A stretch of DNA of 64,000 nt from an uncultured delta proteobacterium (GCA_963775425.1 CAVZJB010000008.1:192001-256000), one strand, 5' to 3'; shown: positions 1 through 12,816, counted from the first letter of the stretch. Notes: generated by a model from the letters alone, not told the origin. Numbers and translations are program-made.

Positions 1-1376
<1,376 letters not shown>

Positions 1377-1415
1377 TCTCGACCGCATGATCGCCGGCCC
1401 TCGCGGCCGGCAGAG

Positions 1416-1448
1416 GAGACGGGCGGCCGCGAGGCCGCCCGTTTTCTT
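1416..1448 (+). terminator. Intrinsic terminator after groEL
   Basis: Stem ACGGGCGGCC / GCGA loop / GGCCGCCCGT followed by TTTCTT, about 40 nt after the stop. Confidence 0.85.
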
Positions 1449-1578
1449 GTGCCAAAGCGCCCGCGGCCGCGGGGCCGGCACGCCCTTTGTACTGAGTCCG
1501 GTCGTCCGGCGATCTGAACCGCGTCGCTGTGGCGTGCGTCTGAAGCCTGAGCCCGTTAGACGACGAGAGGGGGTTCAC

Positions 1579-2070
1579 ATGAGCGAAGTTGCCAGCGCCG
1601 CCGGGGCCACGGCCCCACTGCCCGCGAGCCTCAGCGCGGTCGATCGAGCCATCGCCGATACCCGCCGCCGCCTGCGCGCGCTGTGGCTGAAGGCGAGCAC
1701 CGCGGATCGCATCTTCGCCGTCGACAGGCTGCTGCGCGAGGAGCGCCTCCCCCCCGACGTGCAAGCGGGCCTCCAGGCGATGCAGGACGTCGTGCGCGAC
1801 GTCTGGGTCACCGCGCGCGTCTCCGCCACGCTTCACGGCGTCCCCGCCGACGCGCAGCTCGCGGGACTGCAGCTCACCATCGTCGAGCGCGATCGCGACA
1901 ACCACCTCGACGCGCACGGCCTGTTCGACGCGCTCTTCGTCGCCGCCGAGGGGTACCTCCGCAGCCGGCCGCTCACGGCCGGCTCCAGCTTCCGCGAGCT
2001 GTTGCACGAGCGCGATCGCATCCGCGCCCGCCTGGTGCCGATCCTGCCGCCTGTCGACGATCGCGCGTAG
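1579..2070 (+). CDS. Hypothetical helical protein (163 aa)
   Basis: ATG preceded by GAGAGGGGG RBS, GC3-biased codons, no recognisable motif. Confidence 0.7.
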   Translation: MSEVASAAGATAPLPASLSAVDRAIADTRRRLRALWLKASTADRIFAVDRLLREERLPPDVQAGLQAMQDVVRDVWVTARVSATLHGVPADAQLAGLQLTIVERDRDNHLDAHGLFDALFVAAEGYLRSRPLTAGSSFRELLHERDRIRARLVPILPPVDDRA

Positions 2071-2079
2071 CGCCGGCCC

Positions 2080-2460
2080 TCAGCCGGTGCCTTCCTCGTC
2101 GCCGCCGACGACGTGCAGCGCGTCGACGAGGCCCTTGAGGTGTTTGGTGGAGGGATCGCGGTGCAGCGCGAGGGCCACCGCCTCACGCGCGGCCAGCGTG
2201 GCCACGAGCGCGTCCTCGGTGTGCAGGATCTCGCGTGCGGCGAGCACGGTGTCGAGCGCGGCGTTCACGCGCGAGCGCGCCTCCCCGAGGCTGTCGTCGT
2301 CGATGATCTCCGGCGTGGAGGCGAGCGCGGCCGACGCGCTCGTGAAGCCCGCGAGGCCGAGCGCGGCGGACGCGTAGAAGCGCACCACCCGATCCGCCCA
2401 CCTTCTGGCCAACGCTTGCTTCACGGTCTCCTGCTCCCTCCGCGGCGACGCGAGCATCAT
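2080..2460 (-). CDS. Hypothetical protein (126 aa)
   Basis: GGGGG RBS-like upstream, protein-like composition, convergent with the previous gene. Confidence 0.6.
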   Translation of the reverse strand: MMLASPRREQETVKQALARRWADRVVRFYASAALGLAGFTSASAALASTPEIIDDDSLGEARSRVNAALDTVLAAREILHTEDALVATLAAREAVALALHRDPSTKHLKGLVDALHVVGGDEEGTG

Positions 2461-2652
2461 GAACGACCCCCCTGCGCGCCTTCCCCAAAAGCGCGACGGA
2501 TGATCCTAACAGGCCGCGGACGTCATCGATTCCTCGAGACATACGCAGATCGACTGACAATGCGAACGAGCGCGCGGTCGGGTGTTTTTGACCCCCGTCC
2601 CGGGGAGAAATCACCCGCCCGGTGGCCCTGACGGCCGTCCCATTGCGCTGCG

Positions 2653-3159
2653 TCATCTTTGACGACGGAGTCCGTCCTGCTTCACGAGGTAGCGCGCGAA
2701 GAACGGGAGCGGCCGGCCGCTGCCGCCGCGGCGCAGGTCCTCGAGGCGGAGCTGCAGCCCGCGCAGCGCGCCGCTGTCGCCGTCGACGGCCGCCACGACG
2801 CTGATCGCGGCCTCGACGGCGTCCATCGCGTCGCGGCGCGCGCCGCCGCCGCCATCGTCGCCGTCGTCGTCGTGGAGGGCGGCGAGGTCGGCGGCGCGGG
2901 CCGCGCGCTCGAGGTGGAAGCGCCGGAACGCCGCCCGCCGCTCGTCGAGCAGCCGGCGCACCTCGCGCGCGAGCACGCCCTCGGGGGGGCAGGCGCCCGC
3001 GAGGGCCTCGAGCGCGGCGAGCGCGGCGAGCTGGGTGCGGGGCGTGTCGTCGACGGCGGCGAGGGCGCGAGCGGCGCGGGCGTCGGCGGCGGCGACGCCC
3101 GGAGCGGTGCGGGCGGCTCGCCCGCCCGCGCGCCCACGGGGCGCCCGCTTCGTCCCCAT
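2653..3159 (-). CDS. Hypothetical helical protein
   Basis: C-terminal part of ORF 2653..3717 from MGTKRAP, directly downstream of rlpA. Confidence 0.55.
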   Translation of the reverse strand: MGTKRAPRGRAGGRAARTAPGVAAADARAARALAAVDDTPRTQLAALAALEALAGACPPEGVLAREVRRLLDERRAAFRRFHLERAARAADLAALHDDDGDDGGGGARRDAMDAVEAAISVVAAVDGDSGALRGLQLRLEDLRRGGSGRPLPFFARYLVKQDGLRRQR

Positions 3160-3179
3160 CAGTCCCACCACTCCGACAT

Positions 3180-3743
3180 TCAAGCTCCGCCGTCCGGCGC
3201 AGGCCGGATGCGTACGCGGAGCACGCCGGGGCCGAGCATGCCGAGCTCGCGCGCGACCCTCTTCGATACGTCGAGGACGCGCGCCCTGGCGTACGGCCCG
3301 CGGTCGTTGACGCGGCAGTGCGAGACGGCGCCCGTGTCGACGACGGTGATCTCGAGGATGGTGCCGAAGGGGAGCGTGCGGTGCGCGCAGGTGCGGTCGC
3401 TCGGACGATAGCGCTCGCCGCTCGCGGTGCGGTGCCCGGCGAGCGCGTCGGCGTAGTACGACGCGAGCCCCTCCTGCGGCGGCAGCGTCTCCGCCGGCGT
3501 GGCCTCGACGGGCGCCTCGGCGTTCGGCGGCTCGGCGCTCGGCGCCTCGGCCAAGGGCGGCGCCTGCGCGGGGGGTGCCGAGGGCGGCGTGTGCGGCGGC
3601 GCGCTCTTCGCCGCGGCCCGGCGGCGGTGGTGGTGCGCGTGCTGCGCCGGCTTCTGCACCGTGGCGCACGCGCTCCCCGCCACGACGACGGCGACCGCGA
3701 CGAGCGAGGGGCGCCACGAGGACAGCGCGCCGCTCGAGCTCAC
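3180..3743 (-). CDS. rlpA: Septal ring lytic transglycosylase RlpA family lipoprotein
   Basis: GLASYY, TASGE, AHRTLPFGT and VNDRGP DPBB motifs. Lipobox-like AGSAC. GTG start overlaps the upstream stop. Confidence 0.9.
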   Translation of the reverse strand: MSSSGALSSWRPSLVAVAVVVAGSACATVQKPAQHAHHHRRRAAAKSAPPHTPPSAPPAQAPPLAEAPSAEPPNAEAPVEATPAETLPPQEGLASYYADALAGHRTASGERYRPSDRTCAHRTLPFGTILEITVVDTGAVSHCRVNDRGPYARARVLDVSKRVARELGMLGPGVLRVRIRPAPDGGA

Positions 3744-4669
3744 TGCTCGCCCGCAGAAACGGCGGCGAGGACCTCGGCCTGCACCTGCTCCGGGGTCTTG
3801 CCGTCGGTGACGATGACGACGTCGAACGCGGACCGATCCTGATAGTCGACGCCGTAGAGCTTCTCGAGCCGGGCGTGGTCGACGTCGTCCCTGTGCGCGA
3901 TGTCCTTCATGCGCGCGGCGAGCGTCGACAGGTCGGGGTCGCCGAGGGCGACGACGGCGGCCATGGCCTCCTCGAGCGTGGCGCCCGGCTGTATCGCGAG
4001 CTCCTCGTCGATGCGCGCTCGCACCTGCGGTGACAGCTCGCGGTTGAGGTAGCGCAGCGCGCGCTCGCGCGGGCTCGCCACGAGGTAGACGCTGACGATG
4101 TTCTTTCGGCCCATGCCGGCGAGCATCTTGCCGAGGTGCCCGGCGAGCCGGCTCTCGAACACGGCGACCTCGCCCCTGCCGATCTGCTTGGCCGCGCGCC
4201 AGTCGAGCTCGACGTCGAAGCTCGCGGGCACCGTCTTGACGTACGCCTCGACGGGGACGCCGGCCTCCTCCGCCGCCGCCCGCACCAGGCGACCCGTGCC
4301 CGACGCGGCGCCGCCGAGCGCGTCCGCGACGGCCTTGGCGGCGGTGCTCTTGCCGGTGAGCTGGTCGCCGGCGATGAGGACGACGGGCTTGTCCGACAAG
4401 CTCGCCTTGAGCGCCGCGATCTGCGCCGGCCCGACGACGCCGGCGAACACCCTGGCGATGCCCCCGGCCTGCTCGGGCGGCTCCCCTGTCGTCGTCGACA
4501 CCGTCGCCGCGCCGCCGCCGGCGACGCCCCCGTGCCCCGCGCCGCTCGCGAAGGTCGCGGCGGCGCCGCCCTCGGGGCCGACGAGGCGCGCGGCCGGGAT
4601 CCCCGTGACGTCCCGCGCGCCCTGCGCGCCCGCAGACACCCGGGTGAACGGCTTGGTGCCGATCTTCAT
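3740..4669 (-). CDS. Cytidylate kinase-like P-loop NMP kinase with long N-terminal extension
   Basis: P-loop GDQLTGKST, plus ESRLAG and KLYGVDY..FDVVI motifs resembling archaeal-type Cmk. Confidence 0.7.
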   Translation of the reverse strand: MKIGTKPFTRVSAGAQGARDVTGIPAARLVGPEGGAAATFASGAGHGGVAGGGAATVSTTTGEPPEQAGGIARVFAGVVGPAQIAALKASLSDKPVVLIAGDQLTGKSTAAKAVADALGGAASGTGRLVRAAAEEAGVPVEAYVKTVPASFDVELDWRAAKQIGRGEVAVFESRLAGHLGKMLAGMGRKNIVSVYLVASPRERALRYLNRELSPQVRARIDEELAIQPGATLEEAMAAVVALGDPDLSTLAARMKDIAHRDDVDHARLEKLYGVDYQDRSAFDVVIVTDGKTPEQVQAEVLAAVSAGEQ

Positions 4670-4686
4670 CGGGGCAGAGTACCACG

Positions 4687-5289
4687 TCAGCGGTAGCGGG
4701 CCTCCACCGGAGTCACGAGGCCAAGGCGCACGAGCGAGGAGAATCCGTCGTCGCCGAGGATCACGAAGTCGACGACGGCGACGCCCACGAGCGCGCCCGC
4801 GCGCCGCAAGCGCTCGGCGAGGTCCTCGTCGCGGCTGTCGGGCACCGCGCGCGCCGGGCGGCGGGCCGCGACGACGACGCGGGACGCGCCGGCGGCGAGG
4901 GCGGAGCGCAGGACCTCGCCGGGCGCGGGGCGCACGCGCTCGCAGCGCGCGAGCGTGAGGCGCACGTCGAGCGCGAGCACCCACAGACCGTCGTCGTCGA
5001 GGCACGCGCGCGGCGCGACGATGGCGGCGACGTCGACGGGGCCGCGCACCCGCCGCGCCGCGGGCGACGGGAGCATCCACGCGCGCCGCCCGAGCTCGAC
5101 GGCCGCGAGCAGTTGGGGCCCGGCCTTGTGCGCGCGCAACGCCGCGTCGCGGGCGGGGCCGACGAGGGCGAGCGCGCGCTCGGCCGCGACGAGCTCGTCG
5201 TCGCCGGCGCGGCCGCGCAGGAGCACGCCGACGAGGTCGCGCGTAGGGAGCGTGGCGGCGCCGAGGGCGCAGAGATCGACGGTGCGCAT
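4687..5289 (-). CDS. RadC/JAB-like protein lacking the JAMM metal ligands
   Basis: LLAAVELGRR, PGEVLRSAL and AGALVGVAVVDFVILG match the RadC layout. HNHPSG is replaced by ARRPAR. Confidence 0.75.
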   Translation of the reverse strand: MRTVDLCALGAATLPTRDLVGVLLRGRAGDDELVAAERALALVGPARDAALRAHKAGPQLLAAVELGRRAWMLPSPAARRVRGPVDVAAIVAPRACLDDDGLWVLALDVRLTLARCERVRPAPGEVLRSALAAGASRVVVAARRPARAVPDSRDEDLAERLRRAGALVGVAVVDFVILGDDGFSSLVRLGLVTPVEARYR

Positions 5290-5490
5290 ACGTCCCCATG
5301 ATCAGGATGCGTGCCACGCGCTCGCGGCGGAGCGAGCGCCAGGCGGCGCGCGCCGGCGAATCCCCGCGGGCGAGGCTCGTTCCGCTGCGCCGTCGCGGGA
5401 TGGCCACGTGGCGTGACGGGCGAGCGGGGCGCGGTCGCGCGTCCGGCAAGCGGGTGCGGCTCCCGTGCACGCCTCAACCGACTCGTCACG

Positions 5491-6144
5491 CTAGGGGACA
5501 TCGGCGCAGACGACGTTCGACAGGTGCCCTGCGGTGTCCTGCGTCCACACGGCGACGGCGCCGTCGGCGGCGTCCACGCAGCCGACGACGTCGAGGGTGC
5601 CGGAGCCGCCGTCCCCCGTGTCGCTCAAGATCTGGCCCGCCTGGAAGGTGAACGGCGCGAGCGACGTCGCCGTCTGCACGTAGAGCACGGGGCCGGAGTC
5701 GCTCGACGTCGTCATGTCGCCGTCGCGGTCGATGTACGCGAACGCGACGTGGATGCCGTCGCCGCTCGGCGTGCACGGGCTCGAGCGGCCGGGCGCCACC
5801 GAGAACAGCGCCGGCCCGCCGGCATCGCGGTGTCGATCCGCGCGCGCGGCGTCGCACGTGCCCGACGGCGCGCCGACACACACCGGGGCATCGCACGCGC
5901 CGGCGTCACAGCAGAGATCGCCGGCGCAGTCGCCGTCGACGGAGCAGCCCTCGCCTTCGCCCTCGCCCTCGCCTTCGCCCTCGCCCTCGCCTTCGCCCTC
6001 GCCGGTGGCCGCGGCGCAGGCGCCGTCGACGCACGCGGGCAGCGACACCGGGCAGGTCGCGTCGTTCGTGCAGCGCACGGTGTCGAACGCGCAGCCGCCG
6101 AGCGCGACGACCACGACGAGGCCCAGGGTCGACCCGCTCCTCAC
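5491..6144 (-). CDS. Cys-rich lipoprotein with (Gly-Glu)9 linker
   Basis: Signal VVVVALGG-C, module CTNDATCPVSLPACVDGAC, GE tract, second Cys module. Start inferred. Confidence 0.75.
   Translation of the reverse strand: MRSGSTLGLVVVVALGGCAFDTVRCTNDATCPVSLPACVDGACAAATGEGEGEGEGEGEGEGEGEGCSVDGDCAGDLCCDAGACDAPVCVGAPSGTCDAARADRHRDAGGPALFSVAPGRSSPCTPSGDGIHVAFAYIDRDGDMTTSSDSGPVLYVQTATSLAPFTFQAGQILSDTGDGGSGTLDVVGCVDAADGAVAVWTQDTAGHLSNVVCADVP
5947..6003 (-). repeat. Hexamer tandem repeat encoding (GE)9G
   Basis: GGCGAR units on the minus strand. Confidence 0.95.
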
Positions 6145-6390
6145 GCCGGAGAGCCTGCCCGCGCGCGCCTGCGCCGGCACCGCGCCCGAGGCGCAAGGGC
6201 CCAAAGGCGAGAGCGACCCGCTCCGCGACGCCGTCGAGGTGCAGCGCCGCGGTGTCAGGGCCTGGGCGGGGTTCATGCGCGAAGCCTACCGCCGTCGCGC
6301 GCCCCACGTGCTCGCCGGCGACGCGGGCGAGGCGAAGCTCGCGTGCGCTTCGACGTGACCCGCCGCTGGCGGGCGCCGGGGAGCGCCTCG

Positions 6391-7155
6391 CTAAAAGCGC
6401 ATGGCGGGCTTCGGGTCACGCTGCGTGCCCGTGCCCGCGAGCGGCTCCGCGGGGGACTCCTTCACCGGGTTGCCCCACACCATGTCGGCGACGCCCGCGC
6501 CGCACGCCGCGCAGGGCGGGGCGCCCAGCCCGAGCACCGCGGCGATGATCACGATGACCGCCACCGGTTGGATGGCGGCGAGGCTGCCGGCGACGCCGAC
6601 GCCGACGGCGAAGAGGCCGAGGCCGGTGGCGATGGCGCCGAGCCCGAGGCCGGGGATGGCACCGAGGAGCGCGGGCAGGGGGTCGCGGCCGTCCTTCTGC
6701 GCGCCGTACATCGCGCCGGCCGTGGCCGCGCCGGCGCCGGCGACGGGGAGGCAGACGGCGGCGCCGCACATGCCGCCCGAGGTGCTGAGCGCGACGAGCG
6801 CGGGCGTCCAGCCGACGCACGCGCCGATCGCCGCCTGGCCGTAGAGCCAATACAAAAAGCCGCCGCCCGCGCCGAGCCCCAGCGCGGGCAGGCCCATGCC
6901 GGCGGCGCACCCCGAGGCCGCGCCGGCGAGGCCGCCCATGGTGCCGGTGACCTTGTGATCGGGGACGTCGACCAGGCGGCTCGGCTGGTCCTCCACCGCC
7001 TCGGGCGCCGCCGGCGACGCGGGAGCGCCGGCCTCGGGCGCGAGCGGCTCCATCGCCGGCGCCTCCGCGGCGGCGGCGACGGGCGCGTCCGCGGGGACGT
7101 CTGCGGCGGGCGTGGCGACTTGCGCTGCGAGGCCGACGAGGAGCGGGAGCAGCAT
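6391..7155 (-). CDS. Signal-peptide-bearing Gly/Ala/Cys-rich membrane protein
   Basis: MLLPLLVGLAAQ signal, Pro/Ala linker, several glycine-rich hydrophobic segments. Confidence 0.7.
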   Translation of the reverse strand: MLLPLLVGLAAQVATPAADVPADAPVAAAAEAPAMEPLAPEAGAPASPAAPEAVEDQPSRLVDVPDHKVTGTMGGLAGAASGCAAGMGLPALGLGAGGGFLYWLYGQAAIGACVGWTPALVALSTSGGMCGAAVCLPVAGAGAATAGAMYGAQKDGRDPLPALLGAIPGLGLGAIATGLGLFAVGVGVAGSLAAIQPVAVIVIIAAVLGLGAPPCAACGAGVADMVWGNPVKESPAEPLAGTGTQRDPKPAMRF

Positions 7156-7219
7156 GGCGACTTGGACACCCCCGACGGCGCCGATGGAAACCGGCGGATT
7201 TGCACGCGGGCTGACGACG

Positions 7220-8581
7220 TCAGCCGAGGGGATCGTAGCCCTTGCGCGCCTTCCACACGAAGCGCGACACGAGGGCGGCCGCGGCGGCGGTGAGGCCGAA
7301 GGTGAGTCCCCACCACACACCGCGCGGCCCGAGCGGCCCGACGAGGAGCAGCACCGCGGGCATGCCCACCGCCCAGTGCGACACGAGGTGGATCGCGAAG
7401 GTCGCGCGCGTGTCGCCGGCGCCGCGCAGGGCGCCCGAGGCGACGGTCTGCAGGCCGTCGGAGAGCTGAAAGGCCGCCGCCACCGCCAACAGCGCCGCCG
7501 CCGCCTCGACGACGCCGGGCTGATCGGTCAACAGCCGCGCCAGCGGTGCGCCGCCGAAGAAGAAGAGCGCGCCCGTCCCCGTCATCGCCACGCACGACAG
7601 CGCGAGCGCTACGAGGCCGGCCTGCATGGCGCCGGGCCGGTCGCGGGCGCCGATGCGGCGGCCGACGACGACGCTGGTGGCGCTGCCGAGGCCCACCATG
7701 GCGTTGAACGTCGTCGACGCGCACTGGATGGCAACCTGGTGCGCGGCGAGCGCCTGTTTGCCGAGGCGGCCCATGGTGACGGCGGCGAACGCGAACACCG
7801 CCACCTCGAGCGCGAGCTGCAAGCCGAGCGGGACGCCGATGGTGACGATGGCCCACAGCTCGCTGCCGACGAGCGCCGCGCGCATGCGGCGCCAGCGCTC
7901 CGCCATCGATCGCGCCGGCGCCTCTCCCGCCGTTGTCTCGTCGGCGAGGGCGCGCTCGGCGGCGACGACGACGACCACGAGGCGCGCCGTCGTCGTCACC
8001 GAGTTGGCGATGCCCGCGCCGACCACGCCGTAGCGCGGCACCAGCAGCCAATCGAGCAAGAGCTCGCTCACGTTTCCGAGCACGATGCCCACGACGGGCG
8101 CGGTGGTGCGCCCGTGCGCCTGCAGCCACGCCTTCACGCTCCAGTACAACAAGAACGGCAGGATGCTCGGCGCGCGCGCCGCCATGTACGCGCGGCACAG
8201 CGGCACCACGTCGGCGTCGACGCCGGTGGCCGGCAGCGCGAGCGCGGCGACGCCCGCGAGCACGAGGATCGCCGGCGTCGCGAACAGCGCGAGCCACACG
8301 CCCTGACGAAAGCCCCGGCGCGCGCGCCGCGCGTCCCCGGCGCCGAGCGCCTGCGCGATGACCGGCTCGGTGCCGAGCACGAGGCCCATGCCGACGATGG
8401 CCAGCGTGAACAACAGCGAGTTGCCGAGGCCGACGCCCGCGAGCGCGCCGGCGGTGGTGCGCCCGACGACGGCGGTGTCGATGACGTTGATGGTCGCCGA
8501 TCCCATCTGCACCGCCGCCAGCGGCACCGCGAGCGTCACGAGCTCGCCGAGCGTGTGCGCGAGCGCGCTGCGGCTGGTCAT
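7220..8581 (-). CDS. MATE family efflux transporter (NorM-like)
   Basis: LAVPLA..IDTAVVGR, IAQALGAGD, AAHQVA and FQLSDGLQ..GALRGAGDT motifs, about 12 hydrophobic segments. Confidence 0.93.
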   Translation of the reverse strand: MTSRSALAHTLGELVTLAVPLAAVQMGSATINVIDTAVVGRTTAGALAGVGLGNSLLFTLAIVGMGLVLGTEPVIAQALGAGDARRARRGFRQGVWLALFATPAILVLAGVAALALPATGVDADVVPLCRAYMAARAPSILPFLLYWSVKAWLQAHGRTTAPVVGIVLGNVSELLLDWLLVPRYGVVGAGIANSVTTTARLVVVVVAAERALADETTAGEAPARSMAERWRRMRAALVGSELWAIVTIGVPLGLQLALEVAVFAFAAVTMGRLGKQALAAHQVAIQCASTTFNAMVGLGSATSVVVGRRIGARDRPGAMQAGLVALALSCVAMTGTGALFFFGGAPLARLLTDQPGVVEAAAALLAVAAAFQLSDGLQTVASGALRGAGDTRATFAIHLVSHWAVGMPAVLLLVGPLGPRGVWWGLTFGLTAAAAALVSRFVWKARKGYDPLG

Positions 8582-10056
8582 TTCATCGGGAGCTTGGCGA
8601 GCGGGCCCGTGAAGGTGATGCACCGGGTCTTCATCGGGTCGCACGGCCACTGCACGCCCTCGGTGCGCACCCACCGCAAGGACAGCGGCGTGTCGGGCGT
8701 GATGCCGAGGTGCTCGAGCTGCCGCCAGAGGTGGAAGCAGGCGTGGGCGCCGGTCTCGTTGGCGGTCAAAAACGCGCGAATGGCGCCGCCGTTCATGAGC
8801 GCCATCGAGGCGCCGGTGATGGCGAGCTCGATGGTCTTCCCGGCGTAGCTCTTGTCGACGTCGATCTTCAGGCACGCCTCGGGCAGGTCGGTGGGGTCCC
8901 AGGTCTCCTCGTGGCGCGCGATGATGTCGACGCTCACGCAGGGCGCGCGCTCGCCGTCGGCGGTGGTGCAGGGCGCGCCGCCGGGGCCGCGCATGCGCGA
9001 CGTCGGCCGCTGCGGCACCGGCTTCAGGCGCATCTGCGAGCGCGCGAACGACAACAGCGTGTGCTGCCGCATCATGACGTCGTTGCCGAGCAGGCCGATG
9101 CCGCCGTCGCTGTCGAGCGTGGAGCCGATGGCGAGCACCCTGCCGACGCTCACGCGCTGCGGCCCGAGCAGCATGGGGTCGAGGACGAAGCGGCCGCGGT
9201 TTTGCTGCTCGCCACCGACGGCGACGGTGGTGGACTCGAAGCCGACGTCGGCGGGGAGGCCGCCGTTGATGCCGATGAGCAGCGGCACCGAGGTGTTCCA
9301 GGCGCCGGTGTCGACGATGAGCGGGAAGTCGACGCCGTTGCGCATGCCCTGGGCGGTGGCCCGCACCTGGAGCTGGCGATCGCTGCGCTCGAGGTCCACG
9401 ACGTGGTCGTCGTCGCCGGCGGGGCCGCGCCCGGCGCCGAACAGCCCGACGAGGCCCTCGTCGGCGGCGATGTAGAGATCGACGTCCTGCAGGAGGTCGG
9501 CGCCGACGAGGAAGAGGTCGGGGGCGTCGCCGAGCACGGTGACCTGCACGTCGGTCCAGCGCTGCCGTCCGACCCGCACCTCATCGACGGTGAGTCGCTC
9601 GCCGTTGATGACGCTGCCGTGAGCGTCGACGGCGCGGATCGGCTTGCCGCGGGGCACGCCCTCGCCGACGATGCCGAGGCGCTCGGCCACAGGCGTGGAC
9701 ATGGTGGTGCCCATGGCGCCGGTGTCGAGAGTGGCGTCGACGTTCTGGCCGGCGACGGAGGCCTTGACGACGACGGCCATGGACAGCAACGGCGCGTCGA
9801 TGGGGAGCCAGTCGCCGTCGGGATACAGCTGCGGGAGGTCGGAGAGGTCCGAGCCCATGGCGCTCACGCGCGGCTCCTTGGGCCCGCCGGGGCGCGGCTC
9901 GCGCGAGAGGGCCACGACCTCGTCCTGGCCCGAGGACAGCACGCGCCCCGCGGGGTGACACGCGCAGAGCGCGGACGCGGCGCCGACGAGCGCGACGACG
10001 GCGACGACCGGAGGGATCGTCGAGCCGCGAGAGCCGCACGTGTGCCCGGAACGCAT
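8578..10056 (-). CDS. Exported two-domain retropepsin-like aspartyl protease
   Basis: Two DTG motifs (LDTGA, VDTGA), each followed by a hydrophobic-G-x-D motif (LVGADLL, LLGNDVM). N-terminal hydrophobic stretch with Cys. Start uncertain. Confidence 0.8.
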   Translation of the reverse strand: MRSGHTCGSRGSTIPPVVAVVALVGAASALCACHPAGRVLSSGQDEVVALSREPRPGGPKEPRVSAMGSDLSDLPQLYPDGDWLPIDAPLLSMAVVVKASVAGQNVDATLDTGAMGTTMSTPVAERLGIVGEGVPRGKPIRAVDAHGSVINGERLTVDEVRVGRQRWTDVQVTVLGDAPDLFLVGADLLQDVDLYIAADEGLVGLFGAGRGPAGDDDHVVDLERSDRQLQVRATAQGMRNGVDFPLIVDTGAWNTSVPLLIGINGGLPADVGFESTTVAVGGEQQNRGRFVLDPMLLGPQRVSVGRVLAIGSTLDSDGGIGLLGNDVMMRQHTLLSFARSQMRLKPVPQRPTSRMRGPGGAPCTTADGERAPCVSVDIIARHEETWDPTDLPEACLKIDVDKSYAGKTIELAITGASMALMNGGAIRAFLTANETGAHACFHLWRQLEHLGITPDTPLSLRWVRTEGVQWPCDPMKTRCITFTGPLAKLPMK

Positions 10057-10127
10057 CGCGAGACTCTACCCGTGGGGCCGCGCCCGCGTCGACGCGCGGG
10101 CCTCGCGCGTCGCGCGATGGGGCGACG

Positions 10128-10757
10128 TCAGATGGAGACGGCCGCGGGCGCGGCGGCGCCGCCCGTGGCGCCGGCGGCGCCGAGTCGCTCCACGGCGGCG
10201 CGGGCGCCCACGGCCAGGAAGTACGTGGCGGCGGCCAGGCCGATCTCCGAGACGAACGACGGCAACGTGAACGCCATCACGGTTGCGGTGGGGCCGAGCG
10301 AATTGGCGGCGCTGCCGACGAGCGCGCCCGCGGCGAACGGAGACAGCAGCGAGATCAACGGATAGATGCCCGCGGCGACCGCGGTGCGGCGCACCAGGCC
10401 GTCGTCGCAGGTGAGGCGCGCGAAGCTGCGCGCGATGTCGACGAGGGCGAGCGGCAGGCCGATGATGGAGACGCAGGGGATGAGGGCGAGCGCGACGGCC
10501 GTGCCCCGCGTCATGGAAGGCCGCTCGCCGAGCCGCTCCGCGAGCGCGTGTGCCGCGGTGATGAACACGGCGCACAGGCCCACGCCGACGAAGTACAGGC
10601 CGGCGCCCGCGACGCGGCCGACGTCGGGGCTTGTGCCGAGCGTCGACGGGAAGAGCGTCGTGGCGAGGGTGAGCGCCGGCGCCGCGCACAGGCAGGCGAC
10701 GAGGGCGAGCTGAAGGACGCGCAGCGTGCGCAGGCGGCGGGGGAGGTCGCTGGTCAC
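10128..10757 (-). CDS. Hypothetical multi-pass membrane protein
   Basis: About five hydrophobic segments. GTG start inferred. Confidence 0.6.
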   Translation of the reverse strand: MTSDLPRRLRTLRVLQLALVACLCAAPALTLATTLFPSTLGTSPDVGRVAGAGLYFVGVGLCAVFITAAHALAERLGERPSMTRGTAVALALIPCVSIIGLPLALVDIARSFARLTCDDGLVRRTAVAAGIYPLISLLSPFAAGALVGSAANSLGPTATVMAFTLPSFVSEIGLAAATYFLAVGARAAVERLGAAGATGGAAAPAAVSI

Positions 10758-10807
10758 CCCTCCATCGTAGCAAGCCGCGCCGCCGGCGTCGGCGGCGCGA
10801 CCCCGCG

Positions 10808-12208
<1,401 letters not shown>

Positions 12209-12360
12209 GGATGCCTGCTTTTGTGGAAGGACGAAGGGGCGCGGAGGCTCAGCCGCGCTCGCTCACGTCCGGGCAATGAAACACGACGCCACGAAACCAC
12301 ATGGGCAAATTGTAGCGGTCGCTTTCGCACCCGACAACCCCGGAGGGTACACTGCGACCG

Positions 12361-12816
12361 ATGCGTTCAGCGCTCTTGCTCCTCGCCTGGTGCTCGCTCG
12401 CCCCGTGGGTCTTGGGCGCGGCGGGCTGCTCCCACGACGTCGGCGGGCCCGTCGGAGGCGAGGGCGAGCTCCCCGCCGGCGAGGGCGAAGGAGAAGGCGA
12501 AGGCGGTTGCTCCACGACGCCCGTCGACGGCCTGGTGGTTCGCGTGCTCGACACGGCCACCCAGTTTCGGCTCTGCGACGCCCAGGTGCGGATCCACGAC
12601 GGCGGCTACACCGAGACGCTCGCCCTCATCGGCGACGGCCCCAACGGCGCCCAGGACTGCCAATACCAGGGCGCGGCCGATCGCCCGGGGTCCTACGCCA
12701 TCGACGTCACCGCGCCGAACCACAGCTCGGTGACGGTGACCGACGAGGAGGTCACGCCGGGCGCCTGCGGGCACCCGGTGCAGACCATCCTCACGGTGCC
12801 CATCAATCCTGCGTGA
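12361..12816 (+). CDS. Lipoprotein with short (GE)4 linker and beta-sandwich-like domain
   Basis: Lipobox AAG-C, GEGEGEGEG, PGSYAIDVTAP (carboxypeptidase-regulatory-like pattern). Confidence 0.75.
   Translation: MRSALLLLAWCSLAPWVLGAAGCSHDVGGPVGGEGELPAGEGEGEGEGGCSTTPVDGLVVRVLDTATQFRLCDAQVRIHDGGYTETLALIGDGPNGAQDCQYQGAADRPGSYAIDVTAPNHSSVTVTDEEVTPGACGHPVQTILTVPINPA

Noticed and set aside
12270-12295. Sigma-54 promoter upstream of kamA
   Set aside because: TGGC is present on the minus strand, but the -12 position reads CA rather than GC, which is too weak to call.
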